In this document: positions 40,459-50,031 of the stretch, piece by piece | Numbering within the stretch: the first letter of the stretch is position 1 | Layout of the letters: every line of letters begins with the position of its first letter | Source of the DNA: a bacterium | Lineage (GTDB): Bacteria > Zhuqueibacterota > Zhuqueibacteria > Oceanimicrobiales > Oceanimicrobiaceae | Assembly: GCA_037446635.1 (NCBI GenBank) | Contig: JBBIIG010000003.1 | Span: forward strand, 23,302-87,301 | Reading direction: 5' to 3' | Length of the DNA stretch: 64,000 nucleotides | Notes under the pieces: generated by a model | Told to the model about the DNA's origin: nothing | The model's input: only the letters and a program-made list of their open reading frames with translations | The model's database searches: none | Program-made: the position numbers and the translations under genes

Positions 40459-41798
40459 TGGCCAAACTCCGCAAACAACTTTTTTTGACCATTGAACAGG
40501 CCGGCAAAGTCACACAAGTTCGATTGAACCACGGCGACAACTTTACCATCGGCAAGGATCCGCACAACGATCTCACCATTTACGGCGACGAGTACCCGGC
40601 GCGGCTGACGTTGTTCGAAAAAAAGAACGACCACTACCAACTTCGCTACCAGAAATTTATGAACGGCGAAGTTGCGGCCGGCGAGTCGCGCTTGCAATTC
40701 AAAGACCTCGTGCGCCACAACCTTCTTCCCCGAAAAGATGAGAGTTACTTTTATCCGCTCACGCCGGATAAAAAGGGCTATCTTGTCGCCGGCGACGCGA
40801 AGATCACCTTTCAATTCGTCGGCGCGGACGCCGAGGATCCGCTGCTGGCGGAGCTGCGCCATTTCAAAGGCTACTCGTGGACCTACACCACTCTGAAAGG
40901 TCTGACGCGCGACTGGCAATTTAAGCTCATCCTGCTGGCGACGTTTGTTGTGCACGGATTTTTGCTGAACTACATGAGCCAATTTAAAATTGACCCAACG
41001 CAGAAATTGAAAACCGTCAACGTGCCGGAGCGCTTTGCAAAATTTATTGTGAAGAGTCAGGCCGAGCTGGCGCTGGAAAGCGGGCGCCGCGGTCTGGCCG
41101 GCGCCGCCAGTGAAGAGGAGGAAACAGGCGGTGAAGAAGCGGCGAAACGCAATCGCGACGATTTTGGCAGCCGGGAGACGCGGCCGGAAGCGCAGGGCGT
41201 GCTAGGTTTGTTGACGGGAATCGGCGGCAGCAATCAATCCAGCTCGTTGACGGATTTGCTGCTGGACAAGGGCTTGGTGAAAGAGTTGGACGCCGTGATG
41301 TCCAACGCCAATCTGCAAGTGGGGCGCAGCTCATCCAACGGCGGCGATATCGATCCCGATGTGCTGGTGGGAACGAATCCACTGGGCGGCGGCATCGATG
41401 ATATTTTGCAGGATGTGAATCAAGTGGAGTCGGTGGCGCTGGGGGAGAAGGGGCAAATTCAGCTCGATCAAATCGGCGGCATGCGCGGCACCGGCGGCGG
41501 GCTGGGCAAACGCTCCGAGGAGTCGGTGCGCGGGGTGATGCTTTCGTACACCGGACGGCTGACGTACATTTACAACAAATATTTGAGAAAGAATCCCGAG
41601 CTGCGCGGTAAAGTTGTGGTGGAGGTGACCATCGAAGCGGACGGTTCGGTGAGCCGCGCCCAGGTTACGTCTTCCGACGTTGGCAACCCGGAGTTTGAAC
41701 GGGAGATTTTGAATTTCGTCCGCAAGTGGAAATACCCGCCCATCGACGAGGGCACGGTGACGGTTTCGTATCCGCTGTTTTTTAATAAGGTGGGGTAA
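40458..41798 (+). CDS. FHA-like + TM + Gly-rich linker + TonB-C/AgmX-PglI C-terminal domain protein (GltG-like)
   Basis: FTIGK...NDL N-terminal domain, single TM, GVLGLL linker motif, C-terminal Y...LR.NP.L.GKV.V..TI..DG.V...W.YP......V.YP..F. Confidence 0.82.
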   Translation: MAKLRKQLFLTIEQAGKVTQVRLNHGDNFTIGKDPHNDLTIYGDEYPARLTLFEKKNDHYQLRYQKFMNGEVAAGESRLQFKDLVRHNLLPRKDESYFYPLTPDKKGYLVAGDAKITFQFVGADAEDPLLAELRHFKGYSWTYTTLKGLTRDWQFKLILLATFVVHGFLLNYMSQFKIDPTQKLKTVNVPERFAKFIVKSQAELALESGRRGLAGAASEEEETGGEEAAKRNRDDFGSRETRPEAQGVLGLLTGIGGSNQSSSLTDLLLDKGLVKELDAVMSNANLQVGRSSSNGGDIDPDVLVGTNPLGGGIDDILQDVNQVESVALGEKGQIQLDQIGGMRGTGGGLGKRSEESVRGVMLSYTGRLTYIYNKYLRKNPELRGKVVVEVTIEADGSVSRAQVTSSDVGNPEFEREILNFVRKWKYPPIDEGTVTVSYPLFFNKVG

Positions 41799-41895
41799 AA
41801 TCTTAAGTGCCACGCACTTTTAAAGTGCGTGGCACTTCTGCGGTCAACTTCAGTCTTAAAAGATTCTCCTGAATGACACGCCGGCCGTTTCAGGG

Positions 41896-42507
41896 TCAAA
41901 GTCGTTGTTGTATCTCTCCCAAAATCCCCTCCAACCACTTCGCGTCCTCGTTCATGTCATAATCATCTGTATCCACCACCAGCACGTTCCAGCTTTCTGA
42001 GATGCGTTTAATCCAGCGGTCGTAGTTGATGTTCAACTGCGCTAAGTATTCGCGGTCGATGTTTTTTTCGTAGCTACGGCCGCGTTTGCGGATGCGGCTG
42101 AGCAGCGTCCAGGTGGAGGCTTTGAGATAGACCACCAGTGCCGGCTTTTTCAACGCCTGCACCATGCCCTCGTACAGGCTGCGGTAGGATTCGTAATCCC
42201 GGGCTGACATCAATTCCCGCTGAAATAAATTCTCGGCGAAGATTTCGGCGTCTTCGTAAATGGTGCGATCCTGCACGCACACAACTTTGCTTTTCTGAAT
42301 TTGCAAGTGACTTTTGAAGCGCTCGGTGAGAAAAAAGATTTGCGAATGAAACGCCCAGCGCTGCATGTCCTGATAAAAATCCGCTAAGTATGGATTGTGA
42401 ACTTCCGGCTCGTAAAACACCTTCCAGCCGAAGCGTTCCTCCAGCACTTTGCTGAGGCTGGTTTTTCCCACCCCGATGTTGCCGGCAATAGCGATGAAGT
42501 TTGACAT
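41896..42507 (-). CDS. Deoxynucleoside kinase
   Basis: IAIAGNIGVGKTS, EP...NPYL..FY, QDRTIYED, RI.KRGR.YE. Confidence 0.95.
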   Translation of the reverse strand: MSNFIAIAGNIGVGKTSLSKVLEERFGWKVFYEPEVHNPYLADFYQDMQRWAFHSQIFFLTERFKSHLQIQKSKVVCVQDRTIYEDAEIFAENLFQRELMSARDYESYRSLYEGMVQALKKPALVVYLKASTWTLLSRIRKRGRSYEKNIDREYLAQLNINYDRWIKRISESWNVLVVDTDDYDMNEDAKWLEGILGEIQQRL

Positions 42508-42543
42508 GGATGAAGTTTTTGCGTATAATTTCAAGCAACTATT

Positions 42544-42834
42544 TGGACGCTGATTGCGCAGATAAACGCTGATTATTACAATGTGAGACAATTTAGAGCT
42601 CCATTTCACTTGTACAGGTTCCTTAGACCTCACCCTTCCGCGAAGCGGATCCGCTTTGGCGGAAACCCTCTCCTATAAGGAGAGGGAACCGAATCCCTTC
42701 CCCTGTTACCTGCCTGCCGCAGACAGGAGGGAAGGTTAGGATGGGGTCATCTGATTGATGATACGAGCCTGCAAATATTTTTGAAAATGGTGTCCCAGAG
42801 AAATCAGCGTGAATCTGCGATCATCTGCGTCCCA
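42544..42834. repeat. Composite intergenic repeat: acgcagat/acgctgat inverted ends enclosing ccctctcc hairpins, with a 27-bp A/D-type element (42637-42663) and a 19-bp B element (42709-42727)
   Basis: tggacgctgattgcgcagataaacgctgatt ... aatcagcgtgaatctgcgatcatctgcgtccca; tccgcgaagcggatccgctttggcgga; cctgcctgccgcagacagg. Confidence 0.8.
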
Positions 42835-42922
42835 ACTCACGGCGGCTAATTTCCAAATTTATTGCCCAATATGCAAGCGGTTTTTGCCAACCAAAACGAA
42901 TCTCAGTGGTCTAATTGACTGA

Positions 42923-43507
42923 ATGCAATTGCAAATGGAACGCGAAGAAACGCTGATCAAAGAAGCACAATCGGGCAGCATCGTGGCATTTGAGGCACTG
43001 GTTCGACGGTACGACCAACAGGTGATGCAATTAGCGTTCAGTCTGGTGCATGACGTGCAGGACGCGCAGGACATTTATCAGGAAGTGTTCGTGCGGGTGT
43101 TTCGCAATTTGAAACGCTTTCAATTTCGCAGCCAGTTTTCCACCTGGCTCTATCGCGTGGTGGTGAACTATTGCATCAACTTCAACAGAAAGAAACGGCG
43201 AGCAAATTTTTTTTCTCTGAACGGCGAAAACGAAAATGGCGAGGCCACCTGGAGCGCGACCCTCAAGGGCACAGAAATCAGTCCCGAAGATTCGATGCTC
43301 AACCAGGAGCTGTCGGTGAAAATCGAACACGCCGTCGCGCAGTTATCGCCCAAACAGAAGACGGTGTTTGTGCTGCGGCATTATCAGGGCATGAAGCTTC
43401 AGGAGATTGCGAACATTCTCAAGTGCTCGGAAGGCACCGTCAAAAATTATCTTTTCCGAGCCACGCAGAAAATGCAAAGTTTGCTGAGGGAATATTCAAA
43501 AATTTAA
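42923..43507 (+). CDS. ECF RNA polymerase sigma factor
   Basis: AF..LV.RY, DAQD..QEVF, FSTWLYR...N, L..KQ..VF.LR...G....EIA..L..SEGTVK..L.RA. Confidence 0.95.
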   Translation: MQLQMEREETLIKEAQSGSIVAFEALVRRYDQQVMQLAFSLVHDVQDAQDIYQEVFVRVFRNLKRFQFRSQFSTWLYRVVVNYCINFNRKKRRANFFSLNGENENGEATWSATLKGTEISPEDSMLNQELSVKIEHAVAQLSPKQKTVFVLRHYQGMKLQEIANILKCSEGTVKNYLFRATQKMQSLLREYSKI

Positions 43508-43570
43508 CACATTGGAGTCAAATCTAATTTGACGGGGATTTGATTATTAACAGATTCCTCACTCCGCCAA

Positions 43571-43597
43571 TCGGCAGAGCCGATCCGCTTTTGCGGA
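43571..43597. mobile_element. 27-bp double-hairpin mini-element (A/D type), intergenic
   Basis: tcggc-aga-gccga + tccgc-tttt-gcgga inside an agattcctcactccg...gttcgggatgaca repeat. Confidence 0.7.
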
Positions 43598-43665
43598 AAA
43601 ACGTCGGGGTTCGGGATGACAGGGCAATAGGATCAAACTTAATCAAGCTCTAAATAAAAGGACCC

Positions 43666-44622
43666 ATGAAAAAAAGCAAACACATTGAAAAACTGATCCC
43701 GCTCTATTTTTACGATGAGCTGAGCGCGATCGAGAAACAGCAGATGGAGGCGCACCTCGAGGATTGCGAGCTGTGCCGGCAGCGGTTCGAGGAGACGCGG
43801 CTTTTGCACGAGGCGCTGGATCGCAAAATTGTGATGCAGCCTTCTGAACAGGTGCTAACTCAAGCGCGGGCGCAATTGCGTGATCGTCTGCGTCAGGAGA
43901 AACTGGCGCGCTTGCGCGATCCCTGGTGGCAGCGGCTTTCCGATTTCATCTCCAATGCAAAGCCGGCGTGGCAACTGGCGGGCGCCGCCGCGTTGTTGGC
44001 GATCGGTGTAATGGCTGGCAAACTTGTGTGGGCGCCGTCGGCGGCGCGCCCGACGGTTTCGGCGCCGGCCGCCGGCATCCAGTCGCCGGAGGCCGCTTCC
44101 CCTTTCATCAGCAACATCGATCTGATTGAATATGATCCGCAAACCGGCAACGTCACCATCAAATACAAAAGCATCAGCGATGTGCTGGTGCAGGGCAAAG
44201 CGGATGATGAACCCATTCGCAATTTGCTGGCTTACGCCATTCGCACCGAGGGCAATCCGGGGCGACGGCTGGCGGCGGTGAAAGCCGTCAGCAGCCAAAC
44301 CTCGTCGGACGCGGAGTTGGAGAACGCGCTGATTCACGCGCTCGAAAACGACACCGTCGATGGCGTCCGCTTGCGCGCGGCTCAGGCGCTGCGCTCGCTG
44401 CCAATGAATGACGTCATCAAAAAAGCCTTCATTCGAATTTTGATAAAAGATCCCAATCCTTCCATTCGTATCGTGGCCGTGGAGGCGCTGAGTCAGGTGA
44501 AGGAAGAAGCAGACGTGCTGCCGGTTTTTCAAGACGTGGCCAAAGACGACGAGAACGACTTTATTCGCTTAAAAACCTCCAGCGCTCTGGAGCGACTGGA
44601 AAATCCAAAAATAGAGAAATAG
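43666..44622 (+). CDS. zf-HC2 transmembrane anti-sigma factor with periplasmic HEAT repeats
   Basis: HLEDCELC, one TM helix, D...GVRL.A..AL and DPNPSIR..AVEAL repeats. Confidence 0.9.
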   Translation: MKKSKHIEKLIPLYFYDELSAIEKQQMEAHLEDCELCRQRFEETRLLHEALDRKIVMQPSEQVLTQARAQLRDRLRQEKLARLRDPWWQRLSDFISNAKPAWQLAGAAALLAIGVMAGKLVWAPSAARPTVSAPAAGIQSPEAASPFISNIDLIEYDPQTGNVTIKYKSISDVLVQGKADDEPIRNLLAYAIRTEGNPGRRLAAVKAVSSQTSSDAELENALIHALENDTVDGVRLRAAQALRSLPMNDVIKKAFIRILIKDPNPSIRIVAVEALSQVKEEADVLPVFQDVAKDDENDFIRLKTSSALERLENPKIEK

Positions 44623-44640
44623 ATTTTAAAGGAGAATAGC

Positions 44641-45930
44641 ATGATGAAGAAGCTTGAAAGAACATGGCTGGTTTGGGCTGCGAGCTTGTTCGTGTTGATA
44701 ATATTGAATGATGAAAGCCATTCACAGGAGCTGACCAAAAAGGGGCGATATTACATCGCCGAGGTAACCAAAAATTTTACCGCCAGGCCCGGCGGCACGC
44801 TGCGAATTTACGACATCCGCGGCAACGTGGATGTGCAGAGCTGGGATAAAAACGAAGTGCTGGTTAAAGAATACAAAAAAATTGATGCTCGCTCTGAGCG
44901 CGAGGCAAAAGAGATTCTGGAAAAATCCCGCTCCGGTTATTCCCAACGCGGAGACGTGATTGAAATTGGCGGCGATTATTACGATCGCGATTGGATGGAA
45001 AGCGACTACGTGGTAACCGTCCCCAAAAATTTTAATGTTGATATTCGAACCCGCGGCGGCGATGTGAATGTTGGACATCTAACCGGCAAAGTTGACCTGA
45101 TGACTTCCGGCGGCGAAATTCGTTTGAATGATATCGATGGCCCGGTGGACGCGAAAACCTCCGGCGGCGATATCGAAGTCATCAACTCGAAGCAGCGCAC
45201 CAGCGTCTCCACCTCCGGCGGCGATTTGGATTTGGAGGACATCGGCGGGCCGCTGATTGCCAAAACCTCCGGCGGCGACATCACTCTGCGCGGCTCGCGG
45301 GACCGCGCCGTCATTCACACTTCCGGCGGCGACATTTTCATCAGCGATGCCGGCGGCGCGGTGGAGGCGCACACCTCCGGCGGCGATATTGAAATTTCCA
45401 ATACCAAAGGCGCGGCGGAAGTGCACACCTCCGGCGGCGACATCCAGTTGCGCAATATCGGTGGCACGCTGCAAGCCTCCACTTCCGGCGGCGATATTGT
45501 GGGCCGCGGCATTCAGGGCGGCGCGGAAATTTCCACTTCCGGCGGCGAAATTGAATTGTTGGATGTGAAGGGCGGCGTCTATGCCAAAACCGCCGGCGGC
45601 GATATCACGGTTGAGATTACGCTGACCGATTTTAAGGTGGATCACCGCACCAGTTTGCGCACCGCCGGCGGCGAAATTACCCTCTACATTCCGGAAAAAA
45701 TGCCGGCCTCCATTCGCGCCGAAATTGAAATCACCGACCGCTGGGAAGACTACAATATCTATTCCGATTTTCCGCTCACCAGCTCATCGGAGTCCAGCAG
45801 TGGCGAAAGCCGGCGCTGGCGCAGCCGCAAATTTATCCGCGGCGAAGGCGACATCAACGGCGGCGGCGATTTCATCGAGCTGTACACCACCGACGGCGAC
45901 ATTCACATTAAAAAATTGCTGAAAAAGTAG
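44641..45930 (+). CDS. DUF4097 beta-strand repeat protein
   Basis: Signal peptide; many TSGGDI repeats. Confidence 0.9.
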   Translation: MMKKLERTWLVWAASLFVLIILNDESHSQELTKKGRYYIAEVTKNFTARPGGTLRIYDIRGNVDVQSWDKNEVLVKEYKKIDARSEREAKEILEKSRSGYSQRGDVIEIGGDYYDRDWMESDYVVTVPKNFNVDIRTRGGDVNVGHLTGKVDLMTSGGEIRLNDIDGPVDAKTSGGDIEVINSKQRTSVSTSGGDLDLEDIGGPLIAKTSGGDITLRGSRDRAVIHTSGGDIFISDAGGAVEAHTSGGDIEISNTKGAAEVHTSGGDIQLRNIGGTLQASTSGGDIVGRGIQGGAEISTSGGEIELLDVKGGVYAKTAGGDITVEITLTDFKVDHRTSLRTAGGEITLYIPEKMPASIRAEIEITDRWEDYNIYSDFPLTSSSESSSGESRRWRSRKFIRGEGDINGGGDFIELYTTDGDIHIKKLLKK

Positions 45931-45941
45931 GGACTGAAAAA

Positions 45942-46925
45942 ATGAAAACGAAAAAAGTATGGCTGCCATTTGCGACCATTTTTTGGTTGGCTGCCAACGC
46001 CAACGCCGTCCAAGATTTTGAGCGGCGAATCGAAAAAAGTTTTCAAGTTCAAAAAGGCGGGACACTGTTTCTAAAAACCGATCGCGGCTCGGTGACAATT
46101 CGCGCGCACGCCGCCGAGGAAGTGAAGGTCGATGTGATGCTGGAGGCCGACACCCGCAATCGCGAGCGCGCCAAAGAGTGGTTGGACGAGTTTGAGATCA
46201 GCTTCGAGCAGCGCGGCAGCGATGTGGACATTCGCGGCGAGTGGCCGCACGAATGGTCGTGGCACAGCGATCGCTTGAAGGTGCACTTCGATATTCTCGT
46301 CCCGCAGCAGTACAACCTCGATGTTGAAACCGCCGGCGGCAGCATCGACGTCGGCGATCTCAAGGGCGAAGTTAAGTTGCAAACCTCTGGCGGCAGCATC
46401 ACTACGGGGCGCATCGGCGGTCCGGTTTCGGCGCACACTTCGGGCGGCAGCATCTCGATTGCCGGCGCCAAAGGCGAAACCGTGGCGCACACCGCCGGCG
46501 GCGGCATCACCCTCGGAGAAATCGACGGCTCCGCCGACGCCAAAACCTCTGGTGGCTCGATCACAGTGGAAGGCGTCAACGGCGATCTGCAGGCGCGCAC
46601 CTCCGGCGGCAGTCTGCGGCTGCAAAACGTCAGCGGAAATCTAATTGCTAAAACTTCCGGCGGCTCGATTACCGCCCGCTTGCTCAAGCAGATCAATGCG
46701 CCGGCGGATCTCGAAACCTCCGGCGGCAGCATCCGCTTGGAGATTCCTCCCGATTTCAAAGCCGATATCGACGCCTCCACCTCCGGCGGCCGCGTTTACG
46801 CCGATCTACCCATTATAGTTCGCGGCGTCATCGACAAAAGCGATTTGCGCGGCAAACTCAACGGCGGCGGAGCGTTGATCACCCTTCGCACCTCCGGCGG
46901 CAGCATCGAGATTCGCGAGCGGTAG
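45942..46925 (+). CDS. DUF4097 beta-strand repeat protein
   Basis: Signal peptide; TSGGSI repeats; G.LNGGG..I.LRTSGG.I end. Confidence 0.9.
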   Translation: MKTKKVWLPFATIFWLAANANAVQDFERRIEKSFQVQKGGTLFLKTDRGSVTIRAHAAEEVKVDVMLEADTRNRERAKEWLDEFEISFEQRGSDVDIRGEWPHEWSWHSDRLKVHFDILVPQQYNLDVETAGGSIDVGDLKGEVKLQTSGGSITTGRIGGPVSAHTSGGSISIAGAKGETVAHTAGGGITLGEIDGSADAKTSGGSITVEGVNGDLQARTSGGSLRLQNVSGNLIAKTSGGSITARLLKQINAPADLETSGGSIRLEIPPDFKADIDASTSGGRVYADLPIIVRGVIDKSDLRGKLNGGGALITLRTSGGSIEIRER

Positions 46926-46956
46926 AGCCGAACAACCGCCAAATTTGCGCGATCAC

Positions 46957-46996
46957 AACAGGCCGCTTCAAGTTACTCGAAGCGGCCTGTTTGTTT
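46957..46996 (+). terminator. Intrinsic terminator
   Basis: aacaggccgcttc-loop-gaagcggcctgtt followed by tgttt. Confidence 0.75.
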
Positions 46997-47069
46997 CCAC
47001 AGAAAAATGGCTTGAAAAATTTAGCGAAAACTCGTACCATTTCCACAAGTAAATTTGTGAGAATCTGTT

Positions 47070-47687
47070 ATGGAAACAATGGCAAAAGAAAAGTCCGAAA
47101 AAAAAGTCCTGGTGACCGAAGAGGAATTTTTAGAGATTTGCGACGAGGATGTGCGCGCGGAATTTATTGATGGGAGGATTATCGTGCATTCACCAGCATC
47201 ATTAATTCATGTGGACTTAAGTGGTTTTGTTTACACTCTGGTGAAGTTGTTTGTAAGGAAGCATAAACTTGGAAGAGTAATAGGTAACAATTTTCAAGTT
47301 CGGCTGCGTCCTGGCCTGCGGCGCGTTCCGGACCTGATGTTCATCGCCAGTAACAACACCGTTACGATTACCGAAACCCAAGTCGATGGCGCGCCGGATT
47401 TGGTTGTTGAGATCGTTTCCCCGGATAGCGTGGAACGCGACTGGCGAGACAAGTTTTTTGAATACGAGATAGCGGGCGTCAAAGAATATTGGGTTCTCGA
47501 TCACGGCAATCGCCGATTTGAAATCTACTGTTTGAACGAAAAGGGTAAATACGAAGCTCAGCCGAAAACCAAAGGTGTGGTAAAGTCGCAAGTGCTGCCG
47601 GGTTTTTGGCTGAAGGCGGAGTGGTTTTGGCAGGAACCCCTTCCTGACGAGCTGGCGGTGGCAAAGGAATTGAAGATCAAGATCTGA
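47070..47687 (+). CDS. Uma2/DUF820 PD-(D/E)xK nuclease-like protein 1
   Basis: E.IDG, H, PDL, PDLVVEIVSP, K..EY...GV.EYWV.D; promoter-like TTGAAA-17-TACCAT at 47012-47040. Confidence 0.93.
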   Translation: METMAKEKSEKKVLVTEEEFLEICDEDVRAEFIDGRIIVHSPASLIHVDLSGFVYTLVKLFVRKHKLGRVIGNNFQVRLRPGLRRVPDLMFIASNNTVTITETQVDGAPDLVVEIVSPDSVERDWRDKFFEYEIAGVKEYWVLDHGNRRFEIYCLNEKGKYEAQPKTKGVVKSQVLPGFWLKAEWFWQEPLPDELAVAKELKIKI

Positions 47688-47835
47688 CTTGAATAAACTA
47701 TCTATGGCATAATCTCGATAATTATTATTCTTTCTTACAAAGCGGATGAATGGAGTAGTGGATTGATGGATTGATAAAAATCCAGTGATCCATCAATCTA
47801 TTAATCCAGTGAATTTATAAATCTAACTCTGGCTA

Positions 47836-48507
47836 ATGAATCCCACCCCGCGCGTCAAAATCTGCTGCATCCAAAGCGTGGAAGAAGCCTGGCTGGCCAT
47901 CCGGCACGGCGCGTCAGCGCTGGGACTGGTTTCGGAAATGCCCAGCGGCCCGGGCGTGATTTCCGAGGAAATGATTACTGAAATCGCTGCCGCCGTTCCG
48001 CCGGGCGTGGCCACGTTTCTGCTCACCAGCCGGCAGGACGCCGAGTCCATCATCGCGCAGCAGCGCCGCTGCCGAGTGAACACTCTGCAACTGGTGGATC
48101 GTCTGGAACGCGGCAGCTACGGCGACCTGCGCCGCGCCCTGCCCGGCATCAAAATCGTGCAGGTCATTCACGTCACCGGCGAGGAATCGGTGGCGGAGGC
48201 CGTGGCCGTCGCCCCGCAGGTGGACGCGATTTTACTGGACTCCGGCAACCCCGCCCTCAAAGTCAAAGAGTTGGGCGGCACAGGCCGCGTCCACGACTGG
48301 CACCTCAGCAAACAAATCCGCGCACGCATCCCCATCCCCCTTTACCTCGCCGGCGGCCTCAAACCCGAAAACGTCGCCGAGGCCATTCGACAGGTAAGCC
48401 CGTTCGGCCTGGACATCTGCAGCGGTGTACGCACCGCCGGCAAATTGGACGAGTCGAAATTGGCGGACTTTTTCGCCGCCGTTCGCGCCGCGTCCCAGGC
48501 TGTTTAG
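47836..48507 (+). CDS. trpF: Phosphoribosylanthranilate isomerase family protein
   Basis: VKICCI, LLDSG, GGTG..HDW, LAGGL.PENV, GLD.CSGV. Confidence 0.88.
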   Translation: MNPTPRVKICCIQSVEEAWLAIRHGASALGLVSEMPSGPGVISEEMITEIAAAVPPGVATFLLTSRQDAESIIAQQRRCRVNTLQLVDRLERGSYGDLRRALPGIKIVQVIHVTGEESVAEAVAVAPQVDAILLDSGNPALKVKELGGTGRVHDWHLSKQIRARIPIPLYLAGGLKPENVAEAIRQVSPFGLDICSGVRTAGKLDESKLADFFAAVRAASQAV

Positions 48508-48584
48508 CGCCAAAAATCTGTTGCATTAATCTTTGCAAAATCCTACTATATTTTCGAAAAAAAGGCTGTCCGAAAGAGATAATC

Positions 48585-49208
48585 ATGGAAATCGTCACCC
48601 AAGAAAGACTCAAGAAAATACCGCGGGATCAAATGACCGAAGCGGAGTTTCTGGATATCTGCGACGAAGACCTGCGCGCGGAATTTGTGGATGGGAGGAT
48701 TATTGTGCACTCACCAGCATCATTAGACCATGTCGATTTGAGCACGTTTATCGTGACTCTTGTAAAAATGTTTGTCGATAAGCAAAGTTTAGGCAGAGTA
48801 TTAGGAGACAATTTTCAGGTACGGCTTCGCCCCGGCCTGCGGCGTGTTCCGGATTTGGTTTTTATTTCCAACGACAACAAAGTCAAGATCACCAAAACCG
48901 AAATCGACGGCGCGCCGGATTTGGTGGTCGAAATCGTTTCCCCCGACAGCGTCGAGCGCGATTGGCGCGACAAATACTTCGAATACGAAAAAGCCAAAAT
49001 CCGCGAATACTGGGTGATCGATCCACTCAGCAAGCGGTTTCAAATGTACTGCTTAAATGCAAAAGGCAAATTTGTTGCACAACCGGCTGAAAAGGGAGCC
49101 CTGAAATCGAACGTTCTGCGCGGCTTCTGGCTGAAACCGGAATGGCTCTGGCAGGAGCCGTCGCCCAACGTGGTGGCGGTAGCCAAAGAGTTGAAGATTA
49201 GAATTTAA
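48585..49208 (+). CDS. Uma2/DUF820 nuclease-like protein 2
   Basis: Same motifs as paralogue 1; promoter-like TTGCAT-17-TACTAT at 48521-48549. Confidence 0.93.
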   Translation: MEIVTQERLKKIPRDQMTEAEFLDICDEDLRAEFVDGRIIVHSPASLDHVDLSTFIVTLVKMFVDKQSLGRVLGDNFQVRLRPGLRRVPDLVFISNDNKVKITKTEIDGAPDLVVEIVSPDSVERDWRDKYFEYEKAKIREYWVIDPLSKRFQMYCLNAKGKFVAQPAEKGALKSNVLRGFWLKPEWLWQEPSPNVVAVAKELKIRI

Positions 49209-49232
49209 TTTTTGCAGCTCAAACGGATCATC

Positions 49233-49856
49233 ATGGAAACAATGACGTCAGAAAAAATCAAGAACATGCCGCTGGATCAATTTATGACTGAAGCGGAATT
49301 TCTGGATCTGTGCGACGAAGACGTTCGCGCCGAATTTGTGGATGGGAGGATTATTGTGCACTCACCAGCATCTTTTCAACACGTGAGAATTGCAGCCTTT
49401 GTAACTACTCTCGTTCAAATGTTTGTTGACAAGTACAACTTGGGAACCGTATTGGGAGATAATTTCCAACTTCGTATTCGTCCCGGATTGCGGCGCGTGC
49501 CGGACTTAATCTTTGTTGCCGCTGAAAACAGCGTGACCATCACTCAAACCGAAATCGACGGCGCGCCGGATTTGGTGGTCGAAATCGTTTCCCCCGACAG
49601 CGTCGAGCGCGATTGGCGCGACAAATACTTCGAATACGAAAAAGCCAAAATCCGCGAATACTGGGTGATCGATCCCAGCAGCAAGCGGGTTCAAATCTAC
49701 GTTCTAAATGAGAAGAACAAATTTGTTGCACAACCGGCTGAAAAAGGAGTCGTGAAATCAAGCGTTCTGCGCGGCTTCTGGCTGAAACCGGAATGGCTCT
49801 GGCAGGAGCCGCTGCCGAATGTTCTGAAAGTGGCGAAGGAATTGAAAATAATTTAG
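49233..49856 (+). CDS. Uma2/DUF820 nuclease-like protein 3
   Basis: Same motifs; 130-bp block identical to paralogue 2. Confidence 0.93.
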   Translation: METMTSEKIKNMPLDQFMTEAEFLDLCDEDVRAEFVDGRIIVHSPASFQHVRIAAFVTTLVQMFVDKYNLGTVLGDNFQLRIRPGLRRVPDLIFVAAENSVTITQTEIDGAPDLVVEIVSPDSVERDWRDKYFEYEKAKIREYWVIDPSSKRVQIYVLNEKNKFVAQPAEKGVVKSSVLRGFWLKPEWLWQEPLPNVLKVAKELKII

Positions 49857-50031
49857 GCTTGCTTTGATCTGCTCAAATTGCCGTAGAGACGTTGCATGAA
49901 AACGTTCTAGGGAATCAAAAAAAAAGATCAGCCCATCATGAAAGTTTACCTCAAAAAATGGCGCGAGGAATCTGTTTTCGAGGATGTAAAAATATCTGAG
50001 CCAGTAAACGCATTTTAGGCAAAAATCAATC

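Noticed and set aside
45040..46920. Regularly spaced acctccggcggc repeats resembling an array
   Set aside because: They encode the TSGG motifs of DUF4097 proteins; not CRISPR, and no cas genes are present.
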